The translations under genes and the position numbers were made by a program. A model generated the notes under the pieces. The model searched no databases and was not told the DNA's origin. It saw nothing but the letters and a program-made list of their open reading frames with translations. A stretch of 64,000 nucleotides of DNA from a virus (Duplodnaviria > Caudoviricetes): the IMG/VR virus record IMGVR_UViG_3300046786_000293, positions 224,001 to 288,000 of that record. The stretch is one strand, 5' to 3'. Of the stretch, positions 57,460 to 64,000 are shown in pieces. How positions within the stretch are numbered: the first letter of the stretch is position 1; each line of letters opens with the position of its first letter.

Positions 57460-57905
57460 TTTGCCCTTTCAGACAAATATTGTTCCCACTGTACCCATTG
57501 TCCTTTGCGTAGGAATCCCCATTCGCGTTGTTTTGCTCCGGGCATAAACAATGTCCAACAAGTTACATCAGGATCAAGTTCGATACGATGATAACTGTTT
57601 GCACTACAAATACGAAAGTGTCCGGGGCCACGCCAATGTTGAAATTCGGCAATCTTAACTCCTTGATTGTTAAACACAGGAGTCCATTCCCAATATCCGC
57701 CTTTAAGGATAATAGTTGCATAGGGCCAAGGATGATCGTGCAAATCGTCGGGGTCGGACTTAAGAAATTTGTGTAGAAATATGTTAAATGGAAACCGTGT
57801 TCTGTCTTTGAGAAACACATAATAGCGTTCCAAGTAAGGTTCGTTGTTGACACGGTCCATAACAATACGTTTACGACCTAACTTTTCTAGCAATTTAAGA
57901 AACAT
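57456..57905 (-). CDS. Cupin-fold protein
   Basis: LHDHPW...ILKGGY.E, YHRIEL, WTLF. Confidence 0.65.
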   Translation of the reverse strand: MFLKLLEKLGRKRIVMDRVNNEPYLERYYVFLKDRTRFPFNIFLHKFLKSDPDDLHDHPWPYATIILKGGYWEWTPVFNNQGVKIAEFQHWRGPGHFRICSANSYHRIELDPDVTCWTLFMPGAKQREWGFLRKGQWVQWEQYLSERAK

Positions 57906-57950
57906 AATAGTCCTTTAAAGTTTTGCACATAGATTTTAGTTGAAATAACT

Positions 57951-59192
57951 TTATAAGTCAATGCTTAAAGTTGGTTTGGTAAAATAGACATTTGTTCTAT
58001 TGCTGTCGTTTACTGTGTAAACAAAACCCCATTTATTACCAATTCGAATCGGAAGTGTGATTTGTTTATTTGGTATTTGTGTATACGCTCTACGAGTCCA
58101 GCGGCCTTGCCCGCTTATTAACATTTGCGGACTAGTCCAAATATCAGGGATACCGTCGCCATTAAAATCTTGAATCATAGGCATGTAATCAATATCTATA
58201 TTTGAATTAAAATCAGTTAAGTTAGTTTGATCTACAAAGTTAAAATTACCTTGATTAATTAAAATTTGTACTCGACCTTCGGCAGTCCATTGATTGTTTC
58301 TTGCTGACGCCCACGGTCTACTAAACACAACAATATCTTGTAGTCCGTCATTGTTCATGTCTGCTACTTTACATCTTACATCGTGACTAATTTCAGTAAG
58401 ACCAGAATTACCAACTTCATAGTGGGGTGGAGTTAATAAATGTTGTGCAACAGGCTTTAAATTTGAATTTAGTTCGAATACAGCAGTATCATTAAATGGC
58501 CATTGTCCGTTGGCAATATTTAAATCGGTAATGACTATCTGTTTGCGTCCGTCGTTTGCAAAATCTCCCACGCATACTCCCATACCATGCATCCAGAACA
58601 AACTATTGGCCCAGGTGTGGTCTTTAAATGTAAAGTTGCCGGAACCGTCGTTGATCCACATTTTGCCTTCTGCATCCACAACGTCTAAATTTCCATCACT
58701 ATTAATATCGGCTACAGTTGCACTATGACTCCATGTATATTCTAATAATTGATGACTATGATATGTGCCTGGACGACTTAAAAATAGATGTGTAACAGTA
58801 AGTTGGTTTGAGATATCTACAAAACCTGGCAAAAATATATCGTCTATTCCGTCATTATTAAAATCTGCCACCAACGGTGTTGCTACACTAACTCTAGGTA
58901 CACTGGGCCCGAGAATATCTGCCGTTACATCAGTGCCGCCACCATTTTCATTTAATTTAAAAATATTAACGGGCACAGTCCCGCCCATTTCAATCTGACT
59001 GCCTGTAACTAATACGTAAGTATTACTGTCATTTTTAAAATGGCCTTGCACTATTGCAACACCCATAAAATAATCTGTTTGAATGCCTTTAATAAATGTG
59101 GAATCAACAGTAGCAGAACTACTAGAACCTCCACCGCCTCCGCCACAAGCAGACAACAACAGGCTAAAAAGAAAGGGTATGACTAGTTTCAT
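57951..59192 (-). CDS. Lipoprotein with FG-GAP/VCBS repeats
   Basis: Lipobox LLSAC then GGGGGGSSSS; repeats ADFNNDGIDDI, ADINSDGNLDV, GDFANDGRKQI, ADMNNDGLQDI, QDFNGDGIPDI. Confidence 0.8.
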   Translation of the reverse strand: MKLVIPFLFSLLLSACGGGGGGSSSSATVDSTFIKGIQTDYFMGVAIVQGHFKNDSNTYVLVTGSQIEMGGTVPVNIFKLNENGGGTDVTADILGPSVPRVSVATPLVADFNNDGIDDIFLPGFVDISNQLTVTHLFLSRPGTYHSHQLLEYTWSHSATVADINSDGNLDVVDAEGKMWINDGSGNFTFKDHTWANSLFWMHGMGVCVGDFANDGRKQIVITDLNIANGQWPFNDTAVFELNSNLKPVAQHLLTPPHYEVGNSGLTEISHDVRCKVADMNNDGLQDIVVFSRPWASARNNQWTAEGRVQILINQGNFNFVDQTNLTDFNSNIDIDYMPMIQDFNGDGIPDIWTSPQMLISGQGRWTRRAYTQIPNKQITLPIRIGNKWGFVYTVNDSNRTNVYFTKPTLSIDL

Positions 59193-59198
59193 ACCCCA

Positions 59199-59227
59199 AT
59201 TATACAGCCAAAATGAATTTTTGTCTG
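59199..59227 (-). promoter_or_regulatory. Early promoter for the lipoprotein
   Basis: CAGACA-17-TATAAT; AAAAA(T/C)AACAGACA-like context shared with 46268; ATG 6 nt downstream. Confidence 0.7.
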
Positions 59228-59235
59228 TTGTATTT

Positions 59236-59694
59236 TTACGACGGATTTCTGAGTAATTCCATGCTCACAATTTGGGCAATTGCCGCAGATGCATCTTCGG
59301 TGTCGGGAATTACATAATTTTGGTATTGATTTCTGTCGTTGCGGTGATCGTAACTACGCATACTCAAGATGATTCCGCCTCGAGCACTAGTTACTTGGAA
59401 TCGAATTGCGTGGTCATCTTGGTAACCGAGTTCATCTTCTCTAGTAGAGATAGATACTTTAGCTTCATTTTCCGGGAACATGAATGCGTGTAGTTTGCGA
59501 CGTAGCCATTCTTTCATAGTTGATTTTTCTTTGAGTTTAGTTGCTTTAGTTACAGTGGAGTTTCTGTAATTTTTTGGATAGACTTTTCCTGCAGGGATTC
59601 CCTGGCTTCCAATTGCGTTACTTCGAATCCTCGGTACAGAGTATTGCGAGTTCGCGTAGTTTGAGTTCGGCATCTTTAAGACTTTCGATTGCAT
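59236..59694 (-). CDS. Hypothetical protein
   Basis: ORF track; start possibly at 59673 or 59517. Confidence 0.55.
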   Translation of the reverse strand: MQSKVLKMPNSNYANSQYSVPRIRSNAIGSQGIPAGKVYPKNYRNSTVTKATKLKEKSTMKEWLRRKLHAFMFPENEAKVSISTREDELGYQDDHAIRFQVTSARGGIILSMRSYDHRNDRNQYQNYVIPDTEDASAAIAQIVSMELLRNPS

Positions 59695-59983
59695 CTGCCA
59701 CAGCAGGATGTTTCTTTGCTAATTCTTGATATTCAAGTTGACGAGCACGTTCTTCTTTGGCCCAGTCTATTGCTTGTTGAGCATCCGGAGTCAGCTCTAC
59801 AGTTGTATAGTTTGTGGGCATAGTAATCCACGAATTGCCATCGTAGACTTCTATGTTCTGTGTGCTTGGACTATATCGCATGTTGCCTATACCGGTGGCA
59901 CCACTATAAGCATTTAAATACATTGAGCTAGAGCTACCGTTAATAACATTAACGTGCTTGCCGCCCATTATACCTTTAATCAT
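59618..59983 (-). CDS. Hypothetical protein
   Basis: 121-aa ORF with helical C-terminus. Confidence 0.6.
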   Translation of the reverse strand: MIKGIMGGKHVNVINGSSSSMYLNAYSGATGIGNMRYSPSTQNIEVYDGNSWITMPTNYTTVELTPDAQQAIDWAKEERARQLEYQELAKKHPAVADAIESLKDAELKLRELAILCTEDSK

Positions 59984-60203
59984 CTAGTTCCATCTCGCTG
60001 GCTTCGCGAACTAGAGCAACTAGCTCGTCTATCGAGCCGACCATAATTTTAGCAGTTTTGTAGTCGCCTTTTTTGTTCCGACCACCAACTTCAAACATAA
60101 ATCCATTGTCGTAACGATTGATGGTGAAAGATTCGTTAACCTTGGTCAGTTTGTCGCTGACCTTGGTTACAGGTTTAGCAGTTGCCATAATTGATTTTTC
60201 CAA
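59976..60203 (-). CDS. Hypothetical protein
   Basis: 75-aa ORF. Confidence 0.6.
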   Translation of the reverse strand: MEKSIMATAKPVTKVSDKLTKVNESFTINRYDNGFMFEVGGRNKKGDYKTAKIMVGSIDELVALVREASEMELDD

Positions 60204-60222
60204 GTTGGTTGATTGATTTAAT

Positions 60223-60504
60223 TTACTGTGGATCGCGATCTTTGTTAGCAGCTAATTTAGCATTCACTTCATCGTGAATCTCAGACATGCGAGGTGTACC
60301 CAAAGCGTTTTGCACCCACTGTATCATAGTATCATTAGTAAATGCACTAGCAGGTTGGCCTTGTGCTTCTGCTGGTAAATCAGTAAGTTCTCCTAGCACT
60401 TCTTGCATATAAGCGCCGTCTCTAACAAAATAACCCCAACGAATGCGGTTTAAATTGCCTTGTTCGTTGTTGAATGTTTCCATAATGTGCCAATGGTAAT
60501 CCAT
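60223..60504 (-). CDS. Hypothetical late protein
   Basis: GGAG SD and GATAAATA at 60524-60531. Confidence 0.6.
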   Translation of the reverse strand: MDYHWHIMETFNNEQGNLNRIRWGYFVRDGAYMQEVLGELTDLPAEAQGQPASAFTNDTMIQWVQNALGTPRMSEIHDEVNAKLAANKDRDPQ

Positions 60505-60526
60505 AGATATCTCCTAATATTAGTAT

Positions 60527-61255
60527 TTATCGTGGTGCAAATTCTTGTTGGAGCTTGATATTGTCAAAGAATTCTTTCTTTGTGCCTGCATCATCTTTAA
60601 AAGCACCTCTTAGAACAGTGGTTTGCGTGAGACTAGAGTGCGCCATAATGCCGCGATTTTCACAGCACCCGTGCGTGGCTTGGATGTAGACCGCAACATC
60701 CTTGGAACCAGTAGCAAACTCAATCTCTCTTGCAATGTCCATGCACAACTCTTCTTGTAGTGTGCCTCGACGAGCGCACCATTGAGCGATGCGACTATAC
60801 TTCGATAACCCAATAAGTTTAGGTCCAGCAATAATACCAATATACGCAACACCCGAAACAGGTTGGTGATGATGGCTACACATACTCTTGAGTTCGCTAC
60901 GAACAACAAGCATTCCGTCATACTTACCTTCACTATCATTAGGGAACGCAGTAGCATTGGGACTTTGTTCATATCTACCTGCCATAATCTCATTGAAATA
61001 CATTTTAGCAAGTCTACGTGCTGTACCTTGACTATTAGGATCAGTCTCTCGATCAATTAGTAGTCGATCAAGCACTAATTCAAATGCTTCTGTTGCTTCG
61101 TCGATAAGTTGGTCCATATGAAACTCATCAACATAATCACTGATGTTGTCTCCAGCCCAGAAACGTTTACCTTCTCGTTTCATTTTAAAACGAAGTACAT
61201 CTGCCAGGTACGCTTCTTCGTAACCACCTGTGTCTAATTCCTTACCGATATCCAT
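60527..61255 (-). CDS. folE: GTP cyclohydrolase I
   Basis: TARRLAKM, SMCSHH.QP, GLSK..R, LQEEL, ATHGC..NRG. Confidence 0.95.
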   Translation of the reverse strand: MDIGKELDTGGYEEAYLADVLRFKMKREGKRFWAGDNISDYVDEFHMDQLIDEATEAFELVLDRLLIDRETDPNSQGTARRLAKMYFNEIMAGRYEQSPNATAFPNDSEGKYDGMLVVRSELKSMCSHHHQPVSGVAYIGIIAGPKLIGLSKYSRIAQWCARRGTLQEELCMDIAREIEFATGSKDVAVYIQATHGCCENRGIMAHSSLTQTTVLRGAFKDDAGTKKEFFDNIKLQQEFAPR

Positions 61256-61258
61256 TAA

Positions 61259-61885
61259 TTATTCCTCGATTGTAAATTGCCGCAAATCTGCGTATTCAAC
61301 ATATTTTGGTTTAGGCTTATTTTCTTTAACGCCCTTTAACAACGCTAACCCCCATTCTGCTTCTTCGGGTCGCGGTTTGTAGTGATAACCTATCTTAAAT
61401 ACTTTTTGATCAGTCCACGGTTTAATATTTAGGTCGCGACCGTCATACCGCATACGAATTAATGCTTCATATGCTTGTGCATCGTCTAATAGTATAGCAC
61501 CACCTCTGCCTATATGTAAAGGTTTATCGTGTCCAAAACTCAAACATTGAATCATTCCAGGGCGATACATATTTTGTTCTAGTCGACGAGCACTATCCCA
61601 AATGCGAGTAAGTTCGAACTTATACTCGCCAACCCAGTGTTGACGATGTGACACAGTGTCGGGGTAGTACTCGTACTTGATACCTAATTTATGCATGGTC
61701 ATTGGAATGCTAATATAGGTATACGGCGTAAATGTACATTGTTTAATGTTGTCGTAGCGCATACACATTTCAATGGCATGGGTACAACAATCAGTCATAA
61801 TGGCATAAGGTGCGCCAGTAAACTCTGCCAGTTCTCGTTCGAACTGAAAAATTTTATCAAAACCTGTTAACGAGCTCATTTGCAC
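61259..61885 (-). CDS. Short DegT-like PLP-dependent enzyme
   Basis: TDCCTHAI, DSA, SFG.DKPL..G.GG; much shorter than the 371-aa paralog at 32210. Confidence 0.7.
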   Translation of the reverse strand: MQMSSLTGFDKIFQFERELAEFTGAPYAIMTDCCTHAIEMCMRYDNIKQCTFTPYTYISIPMTMHKLGIKYEYYPDTVSHRQHWVGEYKFELTRIWDSARRLEQNMYRPGMIQCLSFGHDKPLHIGRGGAILLDDAQAYEALIRMRYDGRDLNIKPWTDQKVFKIGYHYKPRPEEAEWGLALLKGVKENKPKPKYVEYADLRQFTIEE

Positions 61886-62924
61886 TAAAAAACTTTTCCG
61901 TTAAATCCAATGCCTGTTGTTTAATCAACGGCAAATAACTATCATATTCTTCGATATAGGATGTAATACGATTACAAATATCTGTTTTGTTGGCTACATA
62001 ACTGTCCCAAGTAATAGTCCAGTTACTGGGATATTTAAACCGGTCGGTGTACATTTCTGAATAGGACAATCGATCAGGCACCATGGGAATAGCATCTACT
62101 AATGCACCTTCGTAACATCCGATACCCAATGTTTCTTGTAGACTAGCACTGAACACAATCTTTGCTTCGCCGAGAATATTATGATATTCATTCTTTGTTA
62201 GTGCTTGATCCTGACAAACAACAAATTCATACTGGGGCAGTTGTTCTTTAAGATCTCTAAATATTTCAACTTGCTTCTCAGGCGCAATACGATGCGGGAA
62301 TACAACAAGGTTGCGCTTAGTCATACCTTTGTATGGAGCAAGAGTTTGGTCCATATACTCCATGGGCCAACCAGTGCGTACAATCTTATCGTTGTCGTGA
62401 TTTTCTCGCAAACCAACAATACAACCTAGTAGTTCTTCACAAAACAATTCGATGTGAAAGTCTGTAGCAAAGTAGTTATAATCAATAGCGTGGAAGAAAC
62501 TCTTCTCTGCATGACGTACCCATGGGGTGTTACCAATTAACCGACCTAGAAAGTCGTGGGGATCATAACTACCAGCATGCCACAATGCGTGAATCTTAAC
62601 TGGTGTGTTAAGAAGTTCACTCATATACTTTAAGTTTATGATGCCAGGATGCCAAGCATCAGTAAACAAAAAATGATCGCCAGGCTTAACTGCTCCGGAG
62701 CAGAATAAACGGCCCATTCCTTCAACTTGAGCAGACTTATAGATATTAGTCCCACCAAAGTTAAGAAAAGCACCAGGAGTGGTTGCACTAGGGATATCCG
62801 TAGGACCAGCAAGAATTTGAACATTGTGTCCGGCCTTTCTCAGCAAGTTAGGTACGTGATCTTTCCACTGAGCCGTGTAGCGTGTTTCTACAGGCTCAAG
62901 ATCTATCAAAAAGATATTAGCCAT
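61857..62924 (-). CDS. GT-B fold glycosyltransferase (GT4-like)
   Basis: FPHRIAPEKQ, SASLQETLGIGCYEG (E-x7-E), PDRLSYSE. Confidence 0.75.
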   Translation of the reverse strand: MANIFLIDLEPVETRYTAQWKDHVPNLLRKAGHNVQILAGPTDIPSATTPGAFLNFGGTNIYKSAQVEGMGRLFCSGAVKPGDHFLFTDAWHPGIINLKYMSELLNTPVKIHALWHAGSYDPHDFLGRLIGNTPWVRHAEKSFFHAIDYNYFATDFHIELFCEELLGCIVGLRENHDNDKIVRTGWPMEYMDQTLAPYKGMTKRNLVVFPHRIAPEKQVEIFRDLKEQLPQYEFVVCQDQALTKNEYHNILGEAKIVFSASLQETLGIGCYEGALVDAIPMVPDRLSYSEMYTDRFKYPSNWTITWDSYVANKTDICNRITSYIEEYDSYLPLIKQQALDLTEKFFSANELVNRF

Positions 62925-63120
62925 TTGCTCGTTCGGCTTGTCTCATTTGCCAGTTACGAGTCTTTTCAAATTTGCGATATTGCTCGCTTTTATAAAGATC
63001 GCGCTCGTCAAACTTTAACATATTAAAACGACAGTAATCTTTATACTGCTCAAGATCATCAAAGATCCTGTTGACTTCTGGTTTAATTTTGAGATATTTC
63101 TCTACCCATTTTTCAGCCAT
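62917..63120 (-). CDS. Hypothetical protein
   Basis: 67-aa ORF. Confidence 0.6.
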   Translation of the reverse strand: MAEKWVEKYLKIKPEVNRIFDDLEQYKDYCRFNMLKFDERDLYKSEQYRKFEKTRNWQMRQAERANG

Positions 63121-63131
63121 TTTATTTTCCT

Positions 63132-63581
63132 TTAGATTTTAACACTAAGATTAGGTCGGTGAGTTTCATATTTAATAAGTGCGCCGTTTTCACCATCTTC
63201 AGCCACTTCAATCCAAACTGCCCGATTGGGATACCGTTCAGCAATTTGTAGATATAAGTCATCTGCAATCATTTCGCAGGATTTGTAGTCGAGTTTGAGG
63301 ATTCCGCCTGCGTAGAGATTTTCGAGCCAGCGTTTGAATTGGATGAACTCGATGTCTCTGTCATTGTGTACAACATCAATCCACACCCGGAAATGGAAGA
63401 TATGGCGGTGAGGACTGCCAAGGAAACTAACGTCATACTCATCGCCCGTCGCAAGTTCGGGTGCTGTTGCGGCTGCTGGATAGCAGTGTATTCCTTCTTT
63501 GCGGAAGGTAATCCAGATTTTTCGTTCTGCATGTTGCTTGATTCTTTCAACAGTTTCTCGGTCAGTTGCGTTCATTTTCAT
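63132..63581 (-). CDS. QueD-like T-fold protein, candidate CDG decarboxylase (DpdL-like)
   Basis: LGSPHRHIF (LxxxHRHxF) replaces the QueD CxxxHGH; DIEFI, SCEMIA, V.EDGENG. Confidence 0.6.
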   Translation of the reverse strand: MKMNATDRETVERIKQHAERKIWITFRKEGIHCYPAAATAPELATGDEYDVSFLGSPHRHIFHFRVWIDVVHNDRDIEFIQFKRWLENLYAGGILKLDYKSCEMIADDLYLQIAERYPNRAVWIEVAEDGENGALIKYETHRPNLSVKI

Positions 63582-64000
63582 CTTCCTCTTCTACTGGAAA
63601 TACAGTTGTATCTCCTACATAATCTTTCCAATCGGTATATACACTACGAGACATTAGTTTATTAAGAGGATGACACCATACGCCAGTATTTGTATCGCCC
63701 CAAGTATTATCATCAATCTTAACAGTGGCATGGTAGTTATATAGTCTAATATAAGGAATCTTAACACTGATCATGGGAATAAATGTTTTATATTCGCACC
63801 ATGATTGCTCATGTAGATCTCTACAATATTGTACATCAAAGTCTAGTGTAACATAATAGTCTTTAACTAGCAAGGGTTTGATCATGTCATCCCATTGTGC
63901 CCAATCGTAAGGACTGAAGGGATGAAAACTTTGGCTAGTACCAAAGTAGATATGCCGAATCTTATGTTTTTCTGCTAGTTTAACGATTTCGTCTACAGGT
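63562..64000 (-). CDS. Hypothetical protein in deazaguanine cluster (5' partial)
   Basis: Frame is open from 63885 to the window edge: PVDEIVKLAEKHKIRHIYFGTSQSFHPFSPYDWAQWDDMIK... Confidence 0.7.
   Translation of the reverse strand, partial: PVDEIVKLAEKHKIRHIYFGTSQSFHPFSPYDWAQWDDMIKPLLVKDYYVTLDFDVQYCRDLHEQSWCEYKTFIPMISVKIPYIRLYNYHATVKIDDNTWGDTNTGVWCHPLNKLMSRSVYTDWKDYVGDTTVFPVEEEDENERN

Noticed and set aside
63562-64000. Naming the right-edge partial ORF DpdM
   Set aside because: Context fits but I cannot verify family motifs from the truncated sequence.
1-64000. tRNA genes, alternative genetic code, integrase or transposase
   Set aside because: No cloverleaf-like elements in the short intergenic gaps; standard-code ORFs tile the window; no recombinase motifs recognised.

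Overview
The window is a 64-kb internal segment of a large lytic dsDNA tailed phage (myovirus-like, T4-superfamily/jumbo type), standard genetic code, densely coding. It is organised as two convergent blocks: + strand 1-32229 and - strand 32210-64000. The + block holds a >2400-aa baseplate-type protein (open at the left edge), tail fibre/baseplate genes, then a long tailoring locus (several glycosyltransferase-like genes, five tandem radical SAM genes, SGNH proteins, a carbamoyltransferase, an APS-kinase/nucleotidyltransferase fusion), dCMP deaminase and two probable head-packaged internal proteins. The - block holds sugar aminotransferase/epimerase, thyA, DHFR, an early region with sigma70-like promoters, a MoxR-type AAA+ ATPase and a HEXXH-peptidase/VWA gene followed by an array of 12 small genes that nearly all end in F-x-L-[RK]-W-x-stop and are joined by a repeated 15-bp stop/SD/start junction, an RNase H-like flap nuclease, and a 7-deazaguanine pathway cluster (queE, yhhQ, queD, folE, a second T-fold protein, PRTase, MazG-like, methyltransferase, glycosyltransferase, PLP enzyme) with a preQ1-I-like riboswitch candidate ahead of queD. 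Best candidates for an undescribed system: the AAA/peptidase-VWA plus microgene cassette array, and the riboswitch-controlled extended deazaguanine cluster. Protein family calls come from motif recognition, not database searches. No tRNA, rRNA, CRISPR array, integrase or transposase was recognised.
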